Shown: positions 1 to 13,424 of the stretch, one piece after another | Position numbering within the stretch: the first letter of the stretch is position 1 | Layout: the number at the start of each line of letters is the position of its first letter | Source of the DNA: Lama glama | Lineage: Eukaryota | DNA: 64,000 nucleotides | Direction: 5' to 3' | Assembly: GCA_028534125.1 (NCBI GenBank) | Contig: CM052817.1 | Coordinates: forward strand, 29,328,001-29,392,000 | The notes under the pieces: generated by a model | The model's database searches: none | What the model saw: only the letters and a program-made list of their open reading frames with translations | Told to the model about the DNA's origin: nothing | Position numbers and translations under genes: made by a program

Positions 1-590
1 TCGTGTTGTTTTAAATATCATCATAAACTGATGGAATTAAATATATTTAATGTGTTGTAATTCATTGCATTTATTATCTTACTGGTACTCAAATGGTTGG
101 TTCTGTCTGGCCCATGGGAGCCTGTTAAATGGATCCTAGTAGTCTTTAACAGCTTCCTTAATTTCTGATATGACAAGATATGCCAGACTAATTTTGTACA
201 TATCTTGATCCAAATCAGGAATTTGACATTTCTCTATGGAAATCTGGTTTCTTTTAGTGAGACATTGTACTTAGTGATGAAATTCTGGACACTAGACATG
301 TTCATTGCTACTGAGTGGTCATTGTTTCCAGGCATTTTCAGTACACACACATAATTTCTGTGTGTGTGTGTGTATGTATAAGTCATGAATTTATAGTCAT
401 ATTTCTAATTAAGATTTAGCACAATATGATTTTTTATTTAACTGTACTAATCTTAAAACTATATCTCCTTTCTCCTTAGGAAAAGAAAAAAAAATACCCT
501 CTGTTTTCAATGTCACCAACGTAATTTCTCATTTGCTTTATCCCATCCCACACCAGCAGCAGTGTCAGAGTACAGTACCAGTACTACGCA
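1..590 (-). mobile_element. Ancient L1 3' UTR fragment (L1MC4/L1MC5-like)
   Basis: Motifs 'ctagtagtcttt..agcttcctt..tttctgatatgacaagat', 'gacatttctc..ggaa..ctggtttcttttagtg' and 'ttcattgctactgagtggtcattgtttccaggc' resemble the antisense L1MC 3' end as I recall it; short (TG)n at ~358-378. Confidence 0.75.
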
Positions 591-659
591 CAGAGTGCTG
601 GAAAAAAAATTCTAGAATAGACTAAGCTCTCACTTAGCATCTAGATTTAACAATAAAAT

Positions 660-1185
660 TCCTAGAGAATCACACAAAAGAGAGAGGTGTTAAACAGTAT
701 TCAAGAATATAATCAGTAAAATTCACAGTGTAGGAAACCTCATGGGACAAATGATGTGAGTTTTTCAACCACAAAGACAAAAAATGTAAGGAAAAATAAG
801 GTGAAAATATACATTAAAAGAGGATTAAGAGACATTTTAGTAGTTCGTATGGACTTTATTTTGGAATTCAGTTAAAACAAATGGTTACAAAAGACAGTTG
901 TGGACTACATTTCTGATGATACTAAGGGATTATTTTAAATAATTTTAGGTGTAATGAATTTTAATGATTTAATGATTTTAGGTGTGATAATGTTATTGTA
1001 CTTGTTACACATGTTGAATACTTACCGATGAGATTATATGTCTGAAATTTATTTCAGAATAAATGAAGCAAGATTAGCCCTGAATTGACAAATGCTGTTG
1101 ATGGTTGTTGGATATATGATGGTTGTTACACACTTTCTCTTATTTTATATTTCTTTGAAATTATCTATATACAATGTTAAAAATT
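660..1185 (+). mobile_element. Ancient L1 3' end (L1ME4-like)
   Basis: 'attaaaagaggattaagagacat', 'ttttaggtgtgataatgttattgt', 'atatgtctgaaatttatttcagaata' and terminal 'ttattttatatttctttgaaatt...aaaaa' are typical of L1ME 3' UTRs. Confidence 0.65.
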
Positions 1186-2954
1186 CAAGTAGTTTTTATG
1201 AATGGAATTTGCTTTTTAGGACAGAATTGTCTTAGAATATATGTATAGTGTAATTTTCTCTAAAGATTCTGAAAATGTATATTTAACAGAGTTATTGGCT
1301 TTTAAAACCTAAGAATTTGGCTTAAAGTACCTTCCACATGCAGAAACTAGTATATTTTAGTTTCTGGATATTATAGTGTAAAAGTATTGTTTGGGTTGCT
1401 TATTAGTTAATAAAACAAAAAGGAAAAATTGATCCGAATATGGAAATGAGAATAAAAGTAAAGTCCAAAATAATGTTCATAGACTTTTTCCCTCTTTGGT
1501 CATGATTTCTACTCCCACAAGTGAAAAAAAAAATGTGTGCTGTGAAATTCTTATGTCTTGTCCAAATTCTAGAAGCCATAATGAGACTTTGAAGTTGCAG
1601 CAAGGCAGACCCACTCAATTCTGGTAGCCAAACTCAAAAAGGATGACTGAGAAGTTAAGTGAAAACATACATATGGAAGGGGGAGAACATAACCCACAGC
1701 CATGTAATTTAGTGCCCCCCCACCCCGTGATTTCCAAAGCGCCTGATCTGGTTGGTTGGATGTTGTAGCAAAAATGTTTAAGTAGATGGAATACTAGTGT
1801 TTGAGAGGCTGGGAATATCATAGTTTCAAAGGATTTTGTCAAACATCACGAAGTAGAAGCTAGTAGAAGGGGGCAAATATCTGTAACTGGGTAACTGAAA
1901 GCAATTTTTTCTCTCTGTTCCTCCAGATCATACACAGTTTCTTTTAATGGTAGTTACAGATAGTTTACTGCTTAAAATAAGATTGTTCATATTTTGAAAT
2001 TTTACCTGTCCCCAAACAAAAGTGGGAGAAGCAGGTAGTCAGAAATTGTCAAGTATGTGGTCTGAGCTCTAAGCTCCACAGCTGTAGGAAGCTATTTGAT
2101 TTTACACAGCATTATATCCTCAACATCTAGTCCAGATTATGGCCTATGGCGGTAAATTCTGTGGCCTAACTGACTGTGTGCATACTGTATAGGATGAGAC
2201 TAGAAGCAAAGTGAAGGAAACAAACAAACAAAAAACAAACAGATACAAGCATTAATCGCCTGATCAGCCCCCTTTTAAATGCTTGTTAATATTCTCAGAA
2301 TGGTTTACCACCTTGTGATCTTGATTCCAAAATTCTTTTTTTCCCTGACTTTCCCTTCCATTGCAGAACACCCAAAGAGTGAGACACTTCTTGAATCACA
2401 TTTACTCAGCTTATCAATATCCAAGAAGTTCCTACTTGCAGATTTAGTCTAGTCATTTTCTCACCCACTCATCCTGTCAAAATACTTTTTTTTTTCTATT
2501 TAGAACCTGACTTTGAAACTTTTGTAATTATGCAGTAATATAAAACTATACAGCTGCTCAAAGATAATTTTTTTTCTCTTCTTGGATAGAAGTCAAATGA
2601 GAAAGTGAATTCAGAATGATCATATTTAATATTTGGACAAGTGGCAATACAAATATGGAAAGACTTCCTATGCAAAGTAAATCGAGAAATGTTGGGAGGT
2701 AGCTTAATCACTTATAATAGCACATCTGGAAACTTCAGTGAGGTTTCACCACTGGAAGTAAAGCCATATAAGAGAGACAGAGCCCATACATATGTAATTA
2801 GAAAGTATTTTCTAATTTTTTTGAAAAATACATTGTAATGTAAAAACTTTAACAAAAAACAGTAAATTCCAGAGGCTGAAATTATACTTATTGCAGTGAC
2901 ATCTGTTGAATGAGGAGAGTTTCATAGTTAATATTGATGCTATATTTTTATATT

Positions 2955-3070
2955 AATTATTCATTCAACAAATATTTACTGGGTATATATTATGCAGCAG
3001 ATAGTTTTCCAGATGCTGGAGGGTGAACAAGGAAAACAAGATCTTTGCTTTGATATTGATGTGATTCTAA
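2955..3070 (-). mobile_element. L2 3' end fragment
   Basis: 'attcattcaacaaatatttactgggt..tattatg' is the antisense L2 tail. Confidence 0.65.
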
Positions 3071-3269
3071 TTTTGGGCATGTCATCTAATCCTGTTAATA
3101 TATCTATGTGTGGGATTATGTTTGGCAAGCTAATGTTTTTGATGTCCTGTTTATGAAAGAGAAAACTACATCGTCAAGATCAAGGTGTCGATTCTCCTGA
3201 AGTTCATCTGTGTTGTAGTCTCAGTGAATATTGTTTTGAGATTCAGCAGAAGTTTTAATTTTTTTTAAA

Positions 3270-4200
3270 AGAATGGGGAAGTGTGGCAATTATATATAGC
3301 AATATATAATACAGCTGTAGAAATTTATACTGTGGAATATTGGAGTGAACAAGTAGCTTAATAGAATAGAAAATCCAGAAATAGGTATATTTATATGTGT
3401 ATGTGGATATGTATATGTGTGTGTATAGTTTCACATTTTATTCATACTTTAAAATGTATTCATTGACCTCAACTAGGTAATGTATATATAAAAACCAATG
3501 AAAAACACCAAAACCAACAGAAAAAAAAAACAATTCAGTAAATGTCGAGAAGGCTATCATTACAATATAAAGATATCATTATAATATAAAATTAGATTCT
3601 TACCTCTTACAATATAAAACTAAAATCTAAATTTAAATCTTAAAAGTAAGGAAGTAAACAACAGAAGATAATTAGGGAAATGCAGATTAAGGTGATTATA
3701 CCCTTAATCTTAGGAAAAATTAAAGAGTTAATAAAAGCAATTACTTGTGGTCTTACAGGAAAGGGCTACTCACACATTAAAGAGGGACTATAAACTGAAT
3801 CAGGCATTTTAGAAGGCAATTTGGCATATTATTTGAAGCAAAAGTTATACTGACCTCACACAGGAAATTTCCCTTGTAAATATATATCTTTGACAAACAA
3901 AACAGAGGGGGAAAATCTATGCAGGGACATTTTTATTGTAACATTAATTGCAGTACCAGGACATTGGATAGGACTGTCAAGTCCATTTGTAGCAAACGGC
4001 TGAACAATACCTCTATCGCTACAATGGGATTCTACAAAGCACCTGAAAGAACTAGGCTTACAGGCATTAATGTAGCTATTTCTTTAATATGTATATTGAG
4101 TTTTTTTTTTAAAAAGCAAACTTGAAAATACTAATTATAAGATAATATGATTTAAATTGAAAATGAGCATACAAAGCACAGTATGTTTAGTATGGTTTGG
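3270..4200 (+). mobile_element. Highly decayed L1 (L1ME-type) late ORF2/3' region
   Basis: A-rich; 'aatagaatagaaaatccagaaatag', 'agggaaatgcagattaa' and 'aggcaatttggcatatt' resemble L1 ORF2 C-terminal coding remnants. Confidence 0.55.
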
Positions 4201-4472
4201 TAAGCAAGACGTGAAACATCCATTTCTGTGCCCCTCCAATCAATGGATTATCACTGCTAAGACTCTTCACGGAAAACCGCATTTCAAACTTTGGGGACAG
4301 TTCGACTTCTCCAGGAGTAATCCCATCAAAAGGATCATGGAGTGCTTCAGAAAACTATATTTACTTGCTCCCTTGTATTCTTGATTTTCATATGTGTCTG
4401 GATATTTGGTTTCTGATTTACAGGAAATTGAGGTAAAAGCAATCTAAACCTGGAGTCATTTTTTCTAATTTT

Positions 4473-4832
4473 TGTGTCTGTCTTCTTTGGGGGCTGATAG
4501 AATAAAATACCATAGACTGGATACCTTACAAACAAGAATGTATTTCTCACAGTTCTGGAGGTGAGGAATTCTGAGATCAACACACTGGCAGTTATGGTGT
4601 CTGGTGAGAGCTGGCTTCATGGTGTGTAGACAGACCTCCATCGTCTTGCTGTGTCTTTGCATGGTAGACAGGGAAAGTGAGCTCTCTTAGATCTCTTTTA
4701 GAAGGACGCTAATCCTATGCATGAGAACCTCAATCTCATGACCTAATCACCTCTCCTCCTCCAAACAGGATCACCTTGGGGATTAGGTTTCAACATACGA
4801 ATTTTGAGGGAATACAACCTTTAGTCTATGAT
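4473..4832 (-). mobile_element. MaLR solo LTR (MLT1A/MLT1A0-like)
   Basis: 'aaataccatagactgg', 'atttctcacagttctggagg', 'tggtgtctggtgagagc', 'ctcatgacctaatcacctc' and 'ttggggattaggtttcaacatacgaattttg'; ~360 bp. Confidence 0.9.
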
Positions 4833-5014
4833 AATATCTGGCCTACCTCAAATTTACTTTAAAATGGTATAAGAGGTATGGAGAAGTGGACACCAAAATC
4901 AAAACAATGGTCCCCTCTGGGAAGGCGGGTGAGTGGAAGAGGGGCTGTAAAATCAAAGTGATAGTGGAAGAAAAGGTCTTCAATTTCCTATATTTTGCTG
5001 TATTTCAACTTTGC

Positions 5015-5222
5015 TATCTATTGACTTCTTTGGAAATAATTAGGAAGTTGTGAAGATCATACAGGGAGGTCCCATGTTTGCTCTCCCACTTTTTCCCAAT
5101 AGGTATGTGATATTTTATGCTAACTCTACAATCATATCTAACCTAGGAATATGATATTGGTAAAATGTGTCTCTCTAGTCCTATGTCATTTTATTACATG
5201 TATAATTTGTATAACTACCATT
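5015..5222 (-). mobile_element. L1 3' terminal fragment (L1MB/L1MC-type)
   Basis: 'aggaagttgtgaagat..tacagggaggtcccatg' and 'aacctaggaatatgatattggt'. Confidence 0.6.
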
Positions 5223-5429
5223 ATGTTTTGCATTATTTTTAAAAATTAGACTACATGTACTTATTACTTGAATAATTAATTTTAAAAAGATGATAAAATC
5301 ACTGTAATCTCATAATTCATTCAGTTATTCAACAGACATTAATAGCTACATAACTTCAATTATTTGAACATATCATAACTAGTTTAACCAATTCTCTGTT
5401 CTTAAACATTGACAATTTATTATTCTCTT

Positions 5430-5876
5430 TGCTTTGGTCCAGTCAGATTTCTTGCTACTCCTCTAATAAATTCTTTCTCCTTTTAGGGCCTTTGCATCTG
5501 CTGTTCCCTCTGACTTTTCCTTATTCCTCTAGGTGTTCACATCATTCAGATCTTCTCAGAAGTCACTTCCTGAGGAAAGCCTTTCCTAGCCACCCTGCTT
5601 ATCATATCATGCCCAGTTGTGCTATCTACTCACTCAGCAAAGCCTGGCCAATTCTAATATATCTTGTGTCCTTTTCTTGTAATAATCTCCTTACTCTTTC
5701 ATTTTTTATTCAGTGCATGTAATTTCTACATGTGGTTCTAATATGTATTTTTTCTTTTATTATGTTTTCCCTTTTATTTAGATTGTATGTTCTGTAAGGA
5801 CAGGGTCCTTGGTCTCTTCTATTCCTTAACTGTCTGTCACAGAGAAAGCACATAGAAATATTTAAGTAAATGAATA
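5430..5876 (+). mobile_element. L2 3' portion
   Basis: 'gcctttgca.ctgctgttccctctg', 'gtcacttcctgagg.aagcctttcct', 'agattgtatgttctgtaaggacagggtc' and terminal 'aaatatttaagtaaatgaat'. Confidence 0.75.
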
Positions 5877-6558
5877 GCCTTGCTTTGAGCATAGTGGTAT
5901 GTAAGTCTTTATATAAAAGAAAGAAGCCTGTGTAAAAGTAGAGATTCACCAAGAGCTATAAGTGAATTAATAGTAGAAAAGACTCTGGGTGGCAAGGAAG
6001 AATAGGAAACAATTAGATCAAGGTCATAAAGGAGAGTCATTTTTGAATGATGAAAGAAGGAAGGTAACAATGCTGGTTTACTCTAAGGAGTGTAGGAGTC
6101 AGATGATTTGGTGAAGGTGGGGCAAAATATGTTTAGTTACAAGTTTGAGAAAAGGGGAGAGATGTTTGCAACAGCCCATGTGTCTCTTGTGATATATCAT
6201 CAGTAATGGTCCAGAAGCTTGATTAACCAGCTTTCTTGGTCTTTTTTTTAAGCCCACTTGGCTATCTTCCAGTTTATTGGCAGTAAGGTAATGACCATGA
6301 GTTACTGGAATACAGAATGGATGAGTTTTGTTGGAAGGGGCAGTCAGAAGATACCTGCATCCAGACCCACTCTAGAAGTCATGAAATTTCCTTCCCACTA
6401 GTCATGGATCCTTTCATCCCACTGGTACTGGATTAAAGGAACTTTAAGACAAGTATTACTGTCAAGGGCAGAAATATAAAATGTACCAGTCGGTGGGCAC
6501 TCATATTTTGGTTATGTGGCATGAATCCATTTGAACCACAGCAATCTAAGCACCTGAT

Positions 6559-8225
6559 TGAGGTGGATTTGCCACAGTGCTTATGAAGCTTAAGTTACAG
6601 GACCCCTCATTTTCACTAAGGTTTTTCCAAGGACCCAGGAAGGGCTCTAGGAAGAATCCTAGAAATGTAGTTACATGATAATTTGTTATTATTAAATCTG
6701 TTAAAGTCGTGTATTTTAACCATTGTGGGTTAAGATTTTTGTCTCCACTTTAACTTTTTCTCTGTCATACTTCTGTTGGGTGGTCATGGCATTTTTGATG
6801 CTAAGGAAAATCGAGTTGGGGTTCATGTGGTTGGATTTAGTGGGATATTTTTAGGTAGTTTGCAGTCACCTCTGTGTATTAATTTACTGTTAGCCATTCT
6901 GACATAGTTACGGCTTCCAAGAATACTCCAAGTGCTCACTTTTATATCCTTCCTAGTGAAGTGACTGGAGGCAAAGGAACAAAGGTCCTATTGTGATGTA
7001 AACATATTTTATGGCACCTGGCACCAAAAGATGTGTGTAGTGGCAAGATACACATATGAGATTTATGAAGTCAGAAGCCACTGTGTCAAAATTTTTTCCA
7101 GTCATTAGATGTGCAACATTATAAGCATGGGATTTGGTTCTTATTGCTACCTAAGCAAAACAGATGTTCCTTCCTGTCTGGAGTACATATAAGGTTAACA
7201 TGCACAGAACACAGTTATGAATGAATTTTCTTTTTTGATCAGAATCTAAAGAAATAAACTGATCAGAATTCTTGGGTTCATAAGGCAAAAACACATAACA
7301 GTACTATAAACAAATAATATGCTTATACATAACGTCGCCTGTTTCATGAGTCAGAGATCACAGCATTGGGTCACCGTTTGGAATAACTGACACACCTAGT
7401 AATCGCAGGCCAACATTTTTATTGACACGGAGAAACAGCCAGAAAAAAATAAATGTTTCAGTGACAATATTTCATGTATTAAGTCAATGAAGGTAGTGTA
7501 CAAGTAATTTGATTACACGTTTATGTAGCTCAATACATAATGGCAGCAATTTAAAATTGCATCAGAATTGCCCTTGTGTGTGCCTTAAATTCAGGATAAC
7601 TTTGTATATATTTTAAGAATGATTGATTATACCAAAAATGTTCTAGTGCGTGCCAAAAACATGTATCTTTCTCCTGCCCCCCAAAAAAGATAAATGCAGA
7701 ATTCAAACTGCCAAAGAAATCTCTATTTTAACATAAAAACTAAAAACCCATGATGGTCAAAAACTATAAAATAAGGAAAGGAATCACAACTGCTAAGAAA
7801 ATGCAGATATTTAAAAAGACCTCAGAATTGATATAGAATTTATGAGATAAAATATTTGCAAAGTCATTTCTATTTTAAAATAATAAAGGAGTCATGTTTA
7901 TTATGTTTTCAAGTGAATGAGATTTACTCTCTTCATAGATGAAGAAACAAATAACTTCAAGTAATGGAAACTATATGTTAATGATTGAAGCTGATCAATA
8001 TTTTGCACAAACACTTTTTAAAAAAACTCCAACGTGAGATAAAATGTGATTCATTTATCCTGAAATGTTTATGAGAATTAAACAAAATAGTTGGAAAGCA
8101 TGTACAAAATGAAGTGATAAATCTAACAGGTACAGGAGACACTAAACACCACTCTGTTATTGTAGTTTCTATGTTGGACATGACAAACACTAATTAGCTG
8201 ATAATTATTGTGCACTATTATAATG
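6559..8225 (+). mobile_element. hAT-Tip100 DNA transposon fossil (Zaphod/MER115 left end plus transposase remnant)
   Basis: Starts 'gaggtggatttgcc..gtgcttatgaagcttaagttacaggacccctca' like the MER115/Zaphod left end; 'ttggatttagtgggatattt' and 'ggcttccaagaatactcc' follow; 8075-8221 translates to ELNKIVGKHVQNEVINLTGTGDTKHHSVIVVSMLDMTNTN*LIIIVHYY, a decayed hAT first-catalytic-Asp region. Confidence 0.85.
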
Positions 8226-8259
8226 TGAAACCCTCTGAGCAGTTTTGAACTTTCTTGCC

Positions 8260-8765
8260 AACTCTGCTATCACCCAGAAATTCCATATGAGGTATTTACC
8301 CACGAAAATCCCAAACATATATCCACAGAAGCACTCATCAATAACGTCCATAGCAGTTTTACTGAAAATAGGGCTAAAACTGGATACAACCTAAATTCTT
8401 TTCAACCAGAAAAATATATTAATTAAATGTGGCATATTTAAATAATGAAATTGTACTTATACATGCAGTGACACAGATTCAACTTATAAATAATAAGCTA
8501 GATACAAACAATACCAATTGTATGATTCCATTTATATGAAATTTTTTAACAGGTAAACTTGGTGTAAGAAATTAGAATAGTAGTCTATGCAAGTGAAACA
8601 GAGATTGACTGGGAACAGCCTGAGGCAGGAACCTCATGGGTAATGGAAATATGTTTTTTCTTGTTGTCTGTGTGGGGTATATGGATGCATGCACTTGTAA
8701 AATGCATTGAAATATTACATTTAAGATTTGTGCATTTCACTGTTGTAAATTACACCTCTTTGAAA
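8260..8765 (+). mobile_element. Ancient L1 3' end (L1ME-type)
   Basis: 'acccagaaattcca', 'aaaactggatacaacctaaat', 'tgtatgattccatttatatgaa' and 'atttaagatttgtgcatttcactgttgtaaattacacctc'. Confidence 0.8.
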
Positions 8766-11504
8766 AATATTGCTCATTCTATAGATCAGTAATTTTCTAA
8801 TTTTTTGTTTTTATTTTAATAAATCATTCTGAAATTAAAATCTTCACAGTCTCTGATGATCAAATGGTTTTGGAGCAGTTAAATTTTGTTGGCATTGTCT
8901 AAAGTGCTTCATAAGAAAAGTTTAATCTTGAGAATATATGCAGTTTTGCTCTATAGTGTTTGTTCTGTTTTCTGACTTGTTGAAACATTCACAACATGTT
9001 TACTTATTTAGTTGTCCATTAGGATAATGCAATGTTCCACTTTGAGGAATGATTTTATACTGCTCTAGACCTGGCAGTTATCACAATTCTAAACAAACAT
9101 GCTCTGTTGGCTTAATCCCCAATTCTAACGCGGTGCTAGACTAGAAATGATTATATGGTGTGTAAGCTTAATACTCTTTCCATTGTTTCATGGCACTTGG
9201 GCTTCATGCATTCATTTGGAGACAGATTTCTGATGTCAAATGTACTTTTAGTATTCCCAAGCAGCCAGTTGCTTAAAGGACCGGCAAAAGGAAGCTATTC
9301 TGACAATTTGGCTGAACTCGTGGAAATTTCAGCCTGGCCCAGATGGTGAGACTCAGCTGTTGTGTGAAACAGGTAAAGGCACCATTTGAAATGCTTCTGG
9401 CAGTTTTCCTGAGCCTTGACAACAACAGGTGTTCCAGATTTCCTTTTTCTAAAATGTTCTCCAAAATTGCAAATTATATGGCATTGTTTGTTTTGAAAAC
9501 AAAGGAACCTTTTCTCACCAGAGTGATAAGCGATTGTGATTACTTTAATCAATATTGTCAGATCTCTACCTCTAAACTCTATATAATTGAGGCAGGGTGC
9601 AATTTGATTTATTTTTTCACTAAGATATGGCTATGCAGGGAATATGGAAAATATAATTCATTACTATGATGGAACTGTCAATAGAATGGACCCCTGGCAT
9701 GCAATGTGATGGCAAGAGAGAGGTGGTTATGGACTGTCTCCACAAAGTCCTTTGGTCAGGCTCAGAGGGGTTGTTGTGTATGTGTGCTGACATCCCAGCC
9801 AAGCATTGACCTTTGTCAATTTTGCACAATTGGATTGTATTTGTCATTTTAATCACCAAAATTAGAAGCACCATCCCAGTTATCTGAGCCATTAAAGTGA
9901 CTGAATTAGATTGACTACTCTGGATCTGATTGCTCACTCAGAAATTGATCAAAGAGACAGTCCAGGCTACTAGGACAGCAACCCATGATAACGTGATGTT
10001 AAACAGCTGTGAATTGGGAGTTCCCAAGAGGCTAGAGTTTTTGCTCAGAAAAGAGTCATGGGAATTTTTAAATGCCTCATGGAAATGAACAAAGTAAGGA
10101 TTTGCCAGTCTATGGAATCATTGCTTAATGCAACAAACTAGCTAAATACTTGAATAAAAATACGAATAATCTATTCTCAGTCCTTTTAATTTTATCCTTT
10201 ATTAGACTCACTGTTTTGTGGATTTCAAATAAAATTTCAAGAAAGTAGTTCTTAGACTACTAGATAATTTTTACTTTTAATCTCAAGGAAGCCATAGGGG
10301 GAAAAGGGCAATTAGTAAAATATAATCCAGCAGATGGAGTGACTTAAAAGGAAGCTTTGGGCGAAGTATTTCTTCAGGTTTGGAGGATGTACTAATAATC
10401 TTCGTTTCCTGTTGATTTCTCTCAAATTGCCATTTTCCCCATGTTCTCACATACCTCATCACTGCTGGCTTGCTGTGTATGTCCTCTAAATTACCCAGGT
10501 ATATATATTGCTTCTCTTTCTGGAAGAATCCATCTGCCATCGTTGTCTGCAAAGTGTGTCTGCCAGCACAGTTGTTACTAGTCTTTCATCCTCTTCACCT
10601 TGGCTGTTCTTCCTGCACGTGGATGTGAGTGCTTTACTGCTGTGCTTGTATCTTTAGGGACAGACAGCGTCCCTCTGGTGTTGAATCATGTGCATCTCGT
10701 CCTGCCTGTTCATTACTGCAACAAACAATTATTGAGCCTTTCTGTAGTCTGTAAGTTAGAGTCATATATAACATTCTCTTCACTCAGTGGCCGTTATTAA
10801 TTTTTCTTCTAAATAGGAAGCAGGTGACCTTTTCTAGAAGTACTTAGTTCCAGCTCAGACCAAGTTTTCATTTCAGACTGTAGCTCACAGCCAGCTGTAG
10901 TTCATCTTAGTTACTGATGCTGGAAGACTACACGCGGCTTTTGGAGTTTAAGAGGTTCTGACATATGTCATTCCTTGTCTCCTCTTGAGTATTGAGGCAG
11001 TTAAAAATATATAAAGTGGCATAGGGCAAATATGGACCAAAATAGAACATTTTTTTTTCAACAGATGAAGTAGATATTGAGATGTGGCTTATGTCTGCAG
11101 CTCAGTGGGTGTACGTAGATTTTCCTACTTAGTTCAAGGGCAGAGGCAATCTTTGTCAAATGTGTGGCGAGGGAGATTCAGCAGAGCAGTGCTTCTTGTG
11201 GGGAGAGAAAGGGGCAGGGATACACATTCCCAGTTTATCAGATTAGCTTGCTCCTTGTTCCTTGCTGACAGTTTGATGAAGGGACTGGGGATGAGGCCAG
11301 GCAGCTTATAGGAACTTGAAGTAAACTTGAAGAATAGAGAAGAAACACTTCTTTCTCCAACAGAATTTACTACAACCACTTTTCCTCTAAACATCAGCAG
11401 GAGAGCAGGCGCTTCCACTGAACTTACATATATTTTCCTTCCTAGAGGCTAGTCTCCTCTGCTTCCCTTTAGAGTTAGACATTAATTCCATAAATTCACT
11501 CTCC

Positions 11505-12370
11505 GGAAGTGATATTTAAGACAAGATATAAATGATGCAAAGGAGCCAGGATTGTGAGCCAGAATTAGAGCTATCTAAGTAGGTGAAGCAGAAAGTGCAA
11601 AGGTTCGTTAAAAGGAGATCGATGTGGTTAGAGTTAAGAGAGTAGAGTCGGGCAGGGGCCATCTCATCAGTCTTACACATTGAAGTCAGAATTGGATTTT
11701 GTTCAACTTAGAGCGGGAAGCTGTGGGAAGCTCATAAACAGGGAAACACCATATTTAAGGATAAATTTGCTGTGCTGCAAATGGACTAAAGAGAGGACAG
11801 TGGGCATAGTGACTGTTGTAGGAGTCTAGGTAAGCGGAGGGGTGGCTTGAACTTAGGGTGGTATCAGAAGGGAAGAAGTAACGGGTTAGGGATAATATTT
11901 TAAAAGTAGAACAGATTAGAAAATGGATTGGATATAGGATATTGGAGAAAAAGAGGATTCAGAAATATACCCCAGGTTTTTGATTAAAAGACTGAGTGGA
12001 CAGTGGAGTTATTTACTGAGATAAAGATTTATGGAGGAATGGGTGATTTATTGTTCTTTCTGTCTGTCGGTCTGTCTTTCTGTCTGTCTTCCTGCCTGTC
12101 TTTTTCTTTTTCTTTCTTCCTTTCATTTTTTTTTCTTTCTTCCCTTTTTTTCCCCAGAAAACTTAGAACACTCTCTTCTTTCCTCAGGTTCACTTTGAAA
12201 TATCAAATATTCAAATAGAGATTGGATTGGCAATTTGTTGTATAAGTCTGGAACTTAGGAAAGAGAGTAAGAGATGCAAATTGGAGAGTCATCAGTATGC
12301 TGATTATATTTAAGGTCATGCAATTGAACTAGATTTCAGAGGTGAGAGCACAGGTCAGAAGCCTGAGTAA
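11505..12370 (-). mobile_element. L2 fragment with an embedded pyrimidine-rich microsatellite (~12055-12150)
   Basis: 'ggtggcttgaacttagggtggt', 'ggattggatatagg', 'ccccaggtttttg' and 'ggagagtcatcagtatg..gattatatttaaggtcatg' are antisense L2 motifs. Confidence 0.75.
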
Positions 12371-13157
12371 TTCAGTATCTAGCCACTTGTCCTAGAGTTG
12401 GTCTAACATATTTGAAATCCTTTGTCCCACTCTCCGCTAGTAGTTTAACATCTGCATCTCTTAGGGTATTTGCTCAATTGTCATGGAAAAAGAAACTCAT
12501 ATGGTAGAAAGAGGACACATTTGAATCAAGGTGTGTTAGAAACCTCATTCCTCACAATTGTTGAATTGCATTTAACTGTCTTTGTAGGTCATGTCCAAAT
12601 CTTCAGATGCTTTTCATATTTATTATATTAAAAAATATTCTGTTCAAAAATTGAAAAAAATTCAATCAAAGTAAATAATTGCTAGTGCCATCCAGGGGAT
12701 AATTTTCCCAGCAAGTTCCCTGGAGAGCCTGGCAACCACTCTTCCTGTTTATTGAATCAGCCAAATAATATAATCATAACTGTATCCTAAGGGGATTTCT
12801 GCAAGCTGAATCCACTACCATATCCTGGGTAAGGAAAATGAATATTCACCAGCTTTAGTAAGGATTAGCTATAACACCTTCTGTTTTGGTTAAAACTTAA
12901 GTTTGAATTTAAATGACAATTTGCCAGTTTGCATTCTCAGAAGATTCCAAAATAGAAGAAAAAAATCTCATAATACAACAGTTAGTTTGAAAGAAAATTT
13001 GCCTTTCAAAAAAGGGACACATTTACATAGCTTTCTTGCCTTCCATATCATTTTCCTGAAAAGTTCATTTAAATTTTTATACTGACCAGAAAGTGATTTT
13101 CAGTTTAGGAGGGGAACTTTGGTTATTGTGAAAATAGTAGGAGTCATTACTCCTGGA

Positions 13158-13300
13158 TAGTGTGCTGTGCTATAGGGTACATGTCACTGGCCTGGACCTG
13201 TAGGTTGTGGCCCTGAAATTAGCATTAGCAAAATCTATGTCTTAGGGAACATTGTTCAACTTCTTTAAAGTTTGATATCTCGATCTGTGAAAAGTGGAGG
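13158..13300 (+). mobile_element. MIR fragment
   Basis: 'tcttagggaacattgttcaacttcttt..agttt...ctcgatctgtgaaaagtgg' resembles the MIR core. Confidence 0.5.
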
Positions 13301-13424
13301 CCTATGGTCATTTTTAAAGCACTTGTTTGTGGCATTTAACATTTAAAAAGTTCTAACTTGTGAGAGCTACTATTTCTAAATCTAACACAATAAATGAAGA
13401 GATCTAGTATATTTCTGGCTACTA

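Noticed and set aside
3555..3620. Short ~19-bp direct repeats (tatcattacaatataaa) as a CRISPR-like array
   Set aside because: Only 2-3 degenerate adjacent copies without unique spacers, within a decayed L1 in eukaryotic DNA
4205..4400. Non-repeat-looking segment with open frames on both strands (possible pseudogene piece)
   Set aside because: No translation resembles a protein I recognise, and there is no tail or TSD
9343..11418. Cluster of 85-108 aa ORFs as protein-coding exons
   Set aside because: No recognisable domain, overlapping on both strands, and lengths expected by chance in 64 kb
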